The position numbers and the translations under genes are program-made. Positions 53,002 to 61,594 of a DNA stretch of 64,000 nucleotides are shown piece after piece. The first letter of the stretch is position 1; every line of letters begins with the position of its first letter. Below the pieces are notes generated by a model. That model ran no database searches, had not been told where the DNA came from, and saw nothing but the letters and a program-made list of their open reading frames with translations. The stretch comes from Spirochaetota bacterium. Lineage in GTDB: Bacteria > Spirochaetota > UBA4802 > JAFGDQ01. The stretch is taken from NCBI GenBank assembly GCA_043803405.1, contig JAZDKB010000029.1:1-64000 (forward strand), given 5' to 3'.

Positions 53002-54198
53002 ATGGAACAGGTATTAACACCCGCAAAGGAAATCGAAAGCAGAGTAGCTGCAGTGCAGAAACTGCTTCAGGCATCCGACATGGAAGCTTTGTTTATAGTT
53101 CAGCGAATGGACTTGTTTTATTTTTCCGGCACAGCGCAGAACGGTTATCTTTATATCCCTGCCCAGGGAGAGCCTCTTTTAATGATAAAAAAATATTTCC
53201 CCAGAGCAAAAGAGGAGACCTCAATTAAACATATTGTACAAATAGATTCTGTTTCAGACATAAAGGCCAGGATTGTGGATTTTTACGGCCGCCTGCCGAA
53301 CGTTATCGGGTTTGAGTTTGACGTAATGCCTGTAAGCGATTTTTATTTTTTTCAGAAAGTATTAGACATAGCAAATTGCAGGGACGGATCGCCGCTTATT
53401 CATGCTGTGCGCGCGATCAAATCCGCATGGGAAATAAAACAAATTGAAACAGTCACAGAGCTGACTTATAAAACATTTAAATTTATAAATAAAGAACTCA
53501 GGCCTGGCCTTAGTGAAATGGAATTCGCAGGAATGTACGAAACATTTGAAAGGAGACATGGCCATCAGGGAAGGCTGCGCGCAAGGAATTATCTTTCCGA
53601 ACTGTATAACTGGCATTTGCTGAGCGGAGAAAGCGGCAGCATGCCGGGCCTGCTCGACTCTCCAGCAAGCGGCCAGGGCACCTCTCCTTCATTTCCAGTA
53701 GGCGCAGGAAGAAAGAAGCTGAAAAAGAACGAACCAATAATGATAGATATAGGTTTTGCTTTAAACGGCTACCATGTCGACGAGACGCGCATGTTTGCGA
53801 TGGGGAAAATGCCGGAGAAAGCACTGAAGACATGTGAAGCATCCATTGAGATACATAATTCCATAATAGAAATGGCAGGTCCAGGTGTCCCAATCGGTGA
53901 AGTTTACAAGTATGCAGTGGAAAAAGCAGAGGCGCTCGGATACAAAGATCAGTTCCTTGGAACTGAAGGGTATAAGGTTACATTTGTCGGCCACGGCATA
54001 GGCATTGAGCTTGTTGAACCGCCCATACTGGCACGGAACAGAAAAGAAGAACTGCAGCCCGGAATGGTTTTTGCACTGGAACCGAAATTCGTTTTCGAGA
54101 ACGAATTCATTGCAGGCGTGGAAAGCGTGTTTACTGTAACAGAGACCGGAGCAAGGCTGCTTAGTAAAGTGCCTGTTAAAGTCTTTGTGAAAAAATAA
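53002..54198 (+). CDS. M24 (Xaa-Pro peptidase/creatinase) family hydrolase
   Basis: Metal ligands in IDIG, GYHVDETR, GHGIG, LEPK, GVES. Confidence 0.9.
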   Translation: MEQVLTPAKEIESRVAAVQKLLQASDMEALFIVQRMDLFYFSGTAQNGYLYIPAQGEPLLMIKKYFPRAKEETSIKHIVQIDSVSDIKARIVDFYGRLPNVIGFEFDVMPVSDFYFFQKVLDIANCRDGSPLIHAVRAIKSAWEIKQIETVTELTYKTFKFINKELRPGLSEMEFAGMYETFERRHGHQGRLRARNYLSELYNWHLLSGESGSMPGLLDSPASGQGTSPSFPVGAGRKKLKKNEPIMIDIGFALNGYHVDETRMFAMGKMPEKALKTCEASIEIHNSIIEMAGPGVPIGEVYKYAVEKAEALGYKDQFLGTEGYKVTFVGHGIGIELVEPPILARNRKEELQPGMVFALEPKFVFENEFIAGVESVFTVTETGARLLSKVPVKVFVKK

Positions 54199-54212
54199 GA
54201 TTGCGGGCTTAT

Positions 54213-54569
54213 CTATTCCAGAACTTTTTTCTTGATGTGCTCAACCCAGACTTCTTCCCCGAATGCTTTCTTTAGTTCATCGGAAAGCGCCTGTAATGAT
54301 TTCATATCATTTGTTTCAACAATTAAATGATAATCGTCCAGGGTTTTCAGCGTACCATATTTGTTTACAATATCGGAAACCTTGTGCACGTCCGCAGTGA
54401 ACCAGCCTTTCATTTTGTGCAACATGTCTTCGCCTTTTAGAGGCCGTTCAATAATAAGGTCAACCTTGCGGTTTTTAGCTTCCCATCCTAGCGCTGCCTG
54501 CCTTCTTAAAACCGGGCGTACGGGATCGTGCATTGCCGCGCATTTAAACCATAACATGCCTCTTTCCAT
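54213..54569 (-). CDS. Uncharacterised small protein (CxxxHDPV motif), paralog of 51961-52296
   Basis: GAGG RBS; gapless alignment to the 51961 protein. Confidence 0.8.
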   Translation of the reverse strand: MERGMLWFKCAAMHDPVRPVLRRQAALGWEAKNRKVDLIIERPLKGEDMLHKMKGWFTADVHKVSDIVNKYGTLKTLDDYHLIVETNDMKSLQALSDELKKAFGEEVWVEHIKKKVLE

Positions 54570-54598
54570 AATTCCTCATTACTTAGACATAACAATAA

Positions 54599-54662
54599 AG
54601 CCGCTAAGACACAAAGGTTGTCCGGTCAGTTCCATTACCGGAAGCCCTGTGCCTTAGCGGCT
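54599..54662 (-). promoter_or_regulatory. Long GC-rich stem-loop in the leader of the 54569 gene
   Basis: AGCCGCTAAG/CTTAGCGGCT outer stem and TCCGGT/ACCGGA inner stem. Confidence 0.55.
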
Positions 54663-54676
54663 GTTTTATATATTAA

Positions 54677-54740
54677 GAGTGCGTCCCAAAATTTATAATT
54701 CGCAATAATCAAAGCTGCGTATAATTTTTGGGACGCACTC
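54677..54740. mobile_element. 64-bp MITE-like element with 15-bp perfect TIRs and TAA flanks
   Basis: GAGTGCGTCCCAAAA...TTTTGGGACGCACTC; TAA at 54674-54676 and 54741-54743. Confidence 0.7.
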
Positions 54741-55001
54741 TAACAATAACAGATCGCAGTTACCACATTATTTTTACAGCAAATTTGTGTCAAGTTTTAA
54801 TATCGAAAATTTTTTGATATTATTGAAAATTACCCTGTATGTATTTTTATGCGATTTAGTAAAAGTCTTAATGCTACTCCTGAAATATCCTCCTGATTAT
54901 TTTTTTCTATTTAAATAAATTTGCAACAGGTAATAAATACTGGACATTTAATGTATTTTTCAATAAATTGAAAATTCAGAATAACAACCGGAGAACAAAT
55001 C

Positions 55002-55655
55002 ATGGATATATTTACTGCAATGAGTGAAAGAAAAAGCGCGCGCGCGTATATTGATAAGCCTGTCCCGCGTAAAGATATAGAAGAAATAATAAAATACGCT
55101 GGTATGGCCCCGTCCGCTATAAATGTACAGCCATGGGAATATATCGTTACTTATGGCGAGGAAAAAGAAAGGCTCTCGCGGCGTCTGCAAAAAATACAGG
55201 AAGAACAAAGCGTTCCATGCGGGCCCGGCACATCGAGGCCTTTGCCGGATAAGTTTTTAGTTCGGAGCAGGGGCGCCTCCAAAGTAATGATGCCGGCAAT
55301 CGCGAAGACGAATATTCCGTTTAACAGGTTTGTTGAGCAGGGAAGCTGCTCTTTTTACGGTGCTCCTGTAGCAATTATAGCAGCAATAGATAAAGTATTC
55401 CCGCAATTGCGCCATCTGGATATAGGGTTAAGTATTTCGTATCTGCTCCTGGCAGCGCAGGCAAAAGGGCTTTCAACATGCCCCATAGGTCTCATTACAG
55501 CTTACTCCGAAGAAATTAAGGACATGCTGAATATCTCAAAAGAAAAGGATATCCTGCTGGGGATTGCGCTGGGCTATGCGGACGAAAAGGCAGATGTAAA
55601 CAATTTTAAAACAAGCAGGGCGGATTTGCCGGAGATCCTTTCATGGTATGAATAA
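55002..55655 (+). CDS. Nitroreductase family protein
   Basis: RKSARAY, APSAINVQPW, AQAKGLSTCP, LGYAD. Confidence 0.92.
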   Translation: MDIFTAMSERKSARAYIDKPVPRKDIEEIIKYAGMAPSAINVQPWEYIVTYGEEKERLSRRLQKIQEEQSVPCGPGTSRPLPDKFLVRSRGASKVMMPAIAKTNIPFNRFVEQGSCSFYGAPVAIIAAIDKVFPQLRHLDIGLSISYLLLAAQAKGLSTCPIGLITAYSEEIKDMLNISKEKDILLGIALGYADEKADVNNFKTSRADLPEILSWYE

Positions 55656-55712
55656 GGCTATGTACAATTGTACAATTTCAAATGCGGAAGTGCAGCAGTA
55701 AGAATTATTAAT

Positions 55713-55746
55713 AAAAAAAGGCAGAATTTTTGATTCTGCCTTTTTT
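55713..55746. terminator. Bidirectional Rho-independent terminator
   Basis: AAAAAAAGGCAGAAT-loop-ATTCTGCCTTTTTT between the convergent nitroreductase and oah genes. Confidence 0.85.
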
Positions 55747-55767
55747 GCAATAAATAGTATGTTATAA

Positions 55768-56910
55768 CTATTTCTTTGGTTTGCCCATAACTTCCGCAAA
55801 CATATCTTCAGTCCACATTCTTGAATTTGCAACATTCTGACGGAATTTAATGAAGTCAATGGTGTCTTTGCCAGTGATCTTCTTTGTGTTGAATGCGCCA
55901 AATCCGAGGAATGCTTCACCTGACATATTGGCAGCAAGCCAATGTCTGTGTTCGTTCTTTGTTGTATCCCAGAAGAATTTCTTTTTCTGTCTTATACCGT
56001 CGATTGATTTAATCAAACAGCCCGGGAACAGGTTAGCGAATGTCCAGAGGACTTTGTCTACTTCTTGATCGAGAAGCGTAAAGTCCGCATTTTTCTGATT
56101 TTCTTTTATAAATGCTCTTCCTTTGTCAAGTTCTTCGCCTGTTTTGTTTTCGCCGTAAACGATCTCACCGTCTTTTACGTATGTATCTGTAATAACGGTC
56201 GGGTTACGCACCCATTTGCCGCTGGCGTCTTTTAATACAGGAACAACTTTGCTGATCATGTTCTTTGCTTTCATTTTGTAAGCTGACCACATTTCGCATG
56301 ATACGCAGTTCCACATTGCATCTTCCATGCCGAGGAACCATGGTAAAAAGTCAGATGATCCGCCTGCCGGTGCAGAACCGTGTCTTGGACCAGCCTGTCC
56401 GTAAATTGCAAGGTCGGAGGAAATTGCTAAGTCGCAAGCAAGTCCTAATTCCTGGCCGCCGGCAACTCTCATTCCGTTAACTCTGCAAAGTACAGGTTTT
56501 TTGCAAGCTATAATTGCATCAACCATGTGATTGAAAAGTTCCATGTACTGGCCGTATTCGTCCGGTCTTGAGCTGTAATATTCGCTGTATTCTTTTGTGT
56601 TTCCACCTGTGCAGAATGCAAACGGGCCTGTGCCTGTAAATACAACTGCTATAACGCTTCTGTCCAGTGAAGAATTTTCAAAAGCAGCAATAACTCCCTT
56701 TGCCATTTCTGTAGTGTAAGAGTTGAATTGATCCGGATTGTTTAACCGGACGTATGCTACAAAAAGTCCGTCTACTACATTCCCTTTCGGGTCTTTTAAT
56801 GGCCGTTTTTCATATACTGTACACGGCGCTGTTGTCCCCCAATTTTTCTCGGTATGCAGCAAATGATTTTTTTGTGAACTTTCCCTAGGCATCCAATCTA
56901 ATGCACCCAT
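55768..56910 (-). CDS. oah: 6-oxocyclohex-1-ene-1-carbonyl-CoA hydrolase (Oah/BamA)
   Basis: Crotonase fold; NSYTT, FCTGGNTKEY, RVNGMRVAGGQE, GQAGPRHGSAP, NP..ITD...DGEIVYGE, EAFLGF.AFN. Confidence 0.92.
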   Translation of the reverse strand: MGALDWMPRESSQKNHLLHTEKNWGTTAPCTVYEKRPLKDPKGNVVDGLFVAYVRLNNPDQFNSYTTEMAKGVIAAFENSSLDRSVIAVVFTGTGPFAFCTGGNTKEYSEYYSSRPDEYGQYMELFNHMVDAIIACKKPVLCRVNGMRVAGGQELGLACDLAISSDLAIYGQAGPRHGSAPAGGSSDFLPWFLGMEDAMWNCVSCEMWSAYKMKAKNMISKVVPVLKDASGKWVRNPTVITDTYVKDGEIVYGENKTGEELDKGRAFIKENQKNADFTLLDQEVDKVLWTFANLFPGCLIKSIDGIRQKKKFFWDTTKNEHRHWLAANMSGEAFLGFGAFNTKKITGKDTIDFIKFRQNVANSRMWTEDMFAEVMGKPKK

Positions 56911-57383
56911 AACTTTTCCTCCTTTAACATTATTTTAATATTTTTTAAATTTATAATAATAAGGCCAATACATCTGGAGTAAAGATAAAAATCAACCAAA
57001 AAATCACTAAAACAAGCCTCCTTTTGTTTTTTTTGGATACATCGGATATGGAAAATACGAACTTGATTTCCAGCCGGCATAAAAAAACCGGCAGTAAAAT
57101 CAGGGGATATGAGACATAAAGCAGTTAAAATTGCCCGGATGCGGGGAGGGCTATCTCATACTAAAAATATACCGATTTGTTTATGATAATTGCAAAAATC
57201 ATAACCCCTTTATTTAAAAGGGGGTGGATCGTGAAGCGATCCGGGGGATTTTTCAGATGAAATAACAAATTAATACAGCAATAATTAACGTGAGGCAGCC
57301 TTTCGGATGCGGGTGGTCGTCCGGGATGAATGGTTATAGATTTATGTGCAAGCACTCAAATCGATAACGCCTTGAAACAAAGC

Positions 57384-57402
57384 ACCGGGGGCTTGCCCCG
57401 GT
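57384..57402 (-). terminator. Hairpin just downstream of the Zn-peptidase stop
   Basis: ACCGGGG-loop-CCCCGGT, followed on the minus strand by a weak T-rich tail. Confidence 0.55.
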
Positions 57403-57407
57403 TAATT

Positions 57408-58109
57408 TTATTCGTCCCTGCTGCCGCCCAAAAATCCGGCGCGTATCAGAAAATAAATTAGAGTCATTATGGATGAAGCTGCTGCTGCAACATAAGTCAT
57501 TGCTGCGGCCGAAAGGACGCTGTTTACGCCTGCGAGCTCGTTTGCGCTTACAATGCCCTGCGCCTGCAGTATCTCCTTTGCTTTTGCCGAAGCGTTAAAT
57601 TCAACAGGCAGCGTTATAAGCTGAAACACTACAACAATGCTGAATAGCACAATACCGAGTTTAATAAGCCCGAACATTCCGAACACGAATCCTACCATGA
57701 TGATAATCCACGACAGGTTGGACCCGATCGAAGCAGTGGGCGCAATTGCGTTACGCAGCATAAGCGGCCTGTAAGCATTTGCGTGCTGAATTGCATGGCC
57801 TGTTTCGTGGGCCGCAACCCCGACAGAAGCTATGGAGTTGCTGTTGAATACTTCCGGTGAAAGCCTTACGACTTTCTTTATAGGATCATAGTGATCCGAT
57901 AAAAATCCGTGTGTTTCCACAACATCAATATGGCCAAGGCCTTTCGAATGAAGAATACGGCGCGCGACTTCCGCTCCGGTAAGGCCTCTGCTTATTTTAT
58001 ATTTTGAGAATTTATTGAATGTGCTTTTTACTTTAAAAGATGCGTACAGTGAAAGGAGTAATACCGGCAGCATCATCATCCAGTATAACGGGTCAATTCC
58101 TAAAAACAT
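57408..58109 (-). CDS. Neutral zinc metallopeptidase (YugP-like membrane peptidase)
   Basis: LSDHYDP, AAHETGHA (HExxH), TLPVEFNAS, AAAMTYVAA. Confidence 0.92.
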   Translation of the reverse strand: MFLGIDPLYWMMMLPVLLLSLYASFKVKSTFNKFSKYKISRGLTGAEVARRILHSKGLGHIDVVETHGFLSDHYDPIKKVVRLSPEVFNSNSIASVGVAAHETGHAIQHANAYRPLMLRNAIAPTASIGSNLSWIIIMVGFVFGMFGLIKLGIVLFSIVVVFQLITLPVEFNASAKAKEILQAQGIVSANELAGVNSVLSAAAMTYVAAAASSIMTLIYFLIRAGFLGGSRDE

Positions 58110-58283
58110 TTGTTGCCTCCAAACATGTATTAATTGCTATTTATATTATAAAAATATGTAAAAAAAAGTGCAATATGTCAAGTTTTTTTGATATTCTATA
58201 AGGGGGATATGCTTATATATCTAAGAGGGAAAGTCGCACAAAGCATTAAAGATGCTTTATTCGATGATTTTTATTATTTAGAT

Positions 58284-58312
58284 TTGACAATCCCGGTAAA
58301 TATCATTAGTCT
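58284..58312 (+). promoter_or_regulatory. Putative sigma70 promoter for the TPR gene cluster
   Basis: TTGACA, 17-nt spacer, TAGTCT. Confidence 0.45.
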
Positions 58313-58380
58313 AATTATATTAAATAGTAGAAATGCAAATAAGCAGTTATTTTAAATTGTTGGAGAGTCGTTAAAACATT

Positions 58381-60270
58381 ATGAGAAAAATTTTTATTAT
58401 AATATTTGCAGGCGTTTTACTGCTTAATTGCGCGTCATTAAACAAGCAAGTTCCGCAAAGCGCGGCAAAGGATACGGCAAACCGGAATAAGGAACAGGAT
58501 GTTATCTTTACTGGCTGGTCATTGTACAGTAAAGGTCTTTATTACAAGTCAAAGGATGATTATTCAAATGCCATTAAGTATTTTATGGACGCAGCAGCTT
58601 TCAGAGAAAACCTGGGAAGGGTGTATTACCAGCTTTCCGAGTGCTATTTCAGTATTAATAATTTAGATAATGCGATCAATTATGCGGAAATGGCAATTAA
58701 AGCGGATAAAAAATATTCAAAACCTTATCTGTTATTAAATAAAATATATCTGGATATAAATGATAATAAAAAGGCAGTTGAGATCCTGGAGGAACTGATA
58801 ACTTTTTATCCTGAAATGATAAATATTCATTATACCATTGGGCTTATTTATTATAACAGGATAAAGGATAATGATAAAGCTCTTGTATCATTCAGGAACA
58901 TACTGGAACTCTCCAATGTAGTACCTGTAGAGGATTATTACAAGGAGAATGCGAATTATTATATCGCTCGTATTTATTACAGCCAGAATCTGTTTGAAAA
59001 ATCGACGGAATATCTTAAAAAAACTATAGAAATAAATTCGGACAATAAAGTTGCTTTGTACCTGTTATCGAATATATTTCTGGAATTGTACCAGCTCGAC
59101 GAAGCAAAAGAATATTCCCTGCAATATGTAAACAAGTTTGAAGCCAACGAGATCATATCCGCGAATCTGGGCAGGATCTATTATATAGAAAATAATCCGA
59201 AAGCAATGGAATATCTCCGCGGGGCAATGGGCGCAAACGATATATACGGCGCTCTCTGCAAATCGCTTTATTATGAACTAATGCACAAGGACAGAGAGGC
59301 CGAATCTCTTCTCAGGACGCTTAGCTCCGACAATTCGCTCCTGGTTTCTCCGCATATAGCGCTCGGCAGGATCGCTTTAAGGAAGGGCGATAAAAAGACC
59401 GCAACCAGCGAATTTTTTACAGCCGGAGTAATACTTTATAAATCCGGACAGTATAATATATCGAGAGCGCTTTTTACGGAAGTCCTATCGATAAACGATA
59501 AAATCCCGGAAGTTTATTTTTATCTCGGGAAGATATACGAAGAAACTCAAAATATAAATCTTTCCATAGTATATTTTAAAAGAACAAATAAAATGAGGCC
59601 CAGTCTTGAGCTTCAGATTCACATCGGCTATCTTTACAGCCTTGCCAATAATTTCGAAGACGCGGCAAAATATATCGACACTGCAATTAAACAGGAGCCC
59701 AACAATCCGAAGCCGTATTTTTTCAAAGGCCTTGCTCTTTCGCGCCACAACAATTTTCCTGAGGCTGAAAAATTATTCAAGAAAGCGATAGAGCTTAAAC
59801 AGGACGACGATACGTATTATTTTTACCTGGCGACTGTCCAGGAAAAGCAAAATAAAATCGAAGATACGATCAAATCGCTGAAGAAAGCCATAGAATATAA
59901 TCCTAAAAACGACATGGTGTTCAATTATCTCGGATATTTATACGCGGATATGAATATTAATATTGATGAGTCGATAGACCTTATCCAGAAAGCTCTGGCC
60001 CTTTCGCCTTCCAACGGAGCTTATCTCGATTCTCTCGGCTGGGCATATTACAGGAAAGGAGACATGAAGCAGGCTTTAAAAAAGCTGCTGCAGGCCGAGA
60101 AGCGCCTTGAAAAAGAAAAATCGCCCGATCCGGTTGTCTATGATCATATCGGCGATACGTATCAGAAAATAGGCGAATTAGATAAAGCTAATGAGTACTG
60201 GAAAAAATCTGTAAACCTGCAGAAGAATCCTAAAATCGAAGAAAAAATAAAAAATCCCTTGATTAAATAA
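58381..60270 (+). CDS. Tetratricopeptide-repeat lipoprotein
   Basis: LLLN-C lipobox; many TPR helices; NYLGY...YLDSLGWAYY...DHIGD C-terminus. Confidence 0.9.
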   Translation: MRKIFIIIFAGVLLLNCASLNKQVPQSAAKDTANRNKEQDVIFTGWSLYSKGLYYKSKDDYSNAIKYFMDAAAFRENLGRVYYQLSECYFSINNLDNAINYAEMAIKADKKYSKPYLLLNKIYLDINDNKKAVEILEELITFYPEMINIHYTIGLIYYNRIKDNDKALVSFRNILELSNVVPVEDYYKENANYYIARIYYSQNLFEKSTEYLKKTIEINSDNKVALYLLSNIFLELYQLDEAKEYSLQYVNKFEANEIISANLGRIYYIENNPKAMEYLRGAMGANDIYGALCKSLYYELMHKDREAESLLRTLSSDNSLLVSPHIALGRIALRKGDKKTATSEFFTAGVILYKSGQYNISRALFTEVLSINDKIPEVYFYLGKIYEETQNINLSIVYFKRTNKMRPSLELQIHIGYLYSLANNFEDAAKYIDTAIKQEPNNPKPYFFKGLALSRHNNFPEAEKLFKKAIELKQDDDTYYFYLATVQEKQNKIEDTIKSLKKAIEYNPKNDMVFNYLGYLYADMNINIDESIDLIQKALALSPSNGAYLDSLGWAYYRKGDMKQALKKLLQAEKRLEKEKSPDPVVYDHIGDTYQKIGELDKANEYWKKSVNLQKNPKIEEKIKNPLIK

Positions 60271-60293
60271 TATGTAATAATATTAATTAAAAG

Positions 60294-61151
60294 ATGAAAT
60301 TATTTAAACCAGGATTTGCGGCAATAGAAATAAAAATAAAAAAAGTAATTTTTTTCGGACTAATCGTTATTAGTATTGCGTCCGGATGCTTTACCGCGGA
60401 AAAGAAAAACGAAAGGGACTACACAACCGCCGACAAAAAAGATACAGCTTACCTGCTAAAATTAATCGAAAAAGCCAATACCGATTGCACACGGGCACTG
60501 GATGCTAATTTTGACATTGAAGGTCATTCCGGCAAGCAAAAGTTCAAAGCATCCGGCAACATTCAGTTTAATGATAATCCCAGAAAAGTAAAAATTGTTT
60601 TCCATGATGCGGTTTTTAAAACTCCTATCACGGAAATTATTCAGGACGGGTACGAAATTAAATTTTATTTTCCGTTTGATAAAATATTATATAATGATAA
60701 TATTAAGACAATTAATCTGAAAAATTATACAAATTTTGATATTGATTTTGATCTTGTTTCCGACCTGTCGACAGGCAAAATTCCGTTAATTAAGAATTAT
60801 TCAATAGTAAAAGGACTTGAACACGAGGACGCTTCCGGCAATGAAAATAATAAATTAATAATTATTAATAATAAAGAATATTATGAGACAATTTCGTTCA
60901 TGCGTGAAATTCCGGATAAAATATTATGGATGAATAAAACAACAAAAGAAAAGATAGAAGTGTATCTTTACGATCCCTTAAAAAGGGACAAGCTTTTATT
61001 TTACAAAACTATAAAGATTGTTTCATTGAGTTCCGATTTAAAAATAACAATCAGATTTAACTCCATAAAATTTAACCTGCCTGCAAACCCGGAAAATATA
61101 GTAAAGATAAAATTGGCAAAAGATACAAAAGTGATAAATATAAATAACTGA
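60294..61151 (+). CDS. Putative lipoprotein (LolA/LolB-like or DUF4292-like fold)
   Basis: IASG-C lipobox; beta-rich; directly after the TPR gene. Confidence 0.5.
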   Translation: MKLFKPGFAAIEIKIKKVIFFGLIVISIASGCFTAEKKNERDYTTADKKDTAYLLKLIEKANTDCTRALDANFDIEGHSGKQKFKASGNIQFNDNPRKVKIVFHDAVFKTPITEIIQDGYEIKFYFPFDKILYNDNIKTINLKNYTNFDIDFDLVSDLSTGKIPLIKNYSIVKGLEHEDASGNENNKLIIINNKEYYETISFMREIPDKILWMNKTTKEKIEVYLYDPLKRDKLLFYKTIKIVSLSSDLKITIRFNSIKFNLPANPENIVKIKLAKDTKVININN

Positions 61152-61201
61152 ACTCTGAAATATGTGCCGGGATTGCTTTTAAGAGAATTTAAAATATAAT
61201 T

Positions 61202-61546
61202 ATGACGTACAGAAGAGATAAAAGAAGAAGTGCTGGAAAAAAAGAAAAATTCGCTGAATATTTTTTTCAGGATGACAGCGGTATAAGCCGCGAGAAAGTA
61301 AAAGCCAGGAAGCTGCGCGACACTTCATGGTGGAGAAAAAAATGCGCTTCAGGCGTGTGCAGCTATTGCGGGCAGAAGATACCTCAGGGCGAATTGACTA
61401 TGGATCATGTAATCCCTCTTTCGAGGGGGGGTACATCCGAAAGGGTTAATATTGTGCCGGCATGCAAGGATTGCAATAATAAGAAGAAATATCTTTTACC
61501 AGTTGAATGGGAAGACTATTTGCAGAGCTTAAGTAAGCGTAAATAA
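61202..61546 (+). CDS. HNH endonuclease
   Basis: CSYC...TMDHVIPLSRGG...NIVPACKDCNNKK. Confidence 0.9.
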   Translation: MTYRRDKRRSAGKKEKFAEYFFQDDSGISREKVKARKLRDTSWWRKKCASGVCSYCGQKIPQGELTMDHVIPLSRGGTSERVNIVPACKDCNNKKKYLLPVEWEDYLQSLSKRK

Positions 61547-61594
61547 ATAAACAACATTGTGCAAAGATCGTATTTCAGATTACAGGAATAATTA

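Noticed and set aside
56898..57355. Two small minus-strand ORFs (60 and 64 aa) upstream of oah
   Set aside because: They run through palindromic, non-coding-looking sequence with no clear RBS or motifs
61202..61546. HNH gene as a defence or mobile element
   Set aside because: Stand-alone small HNH with no neighbouring defence or mobility genes
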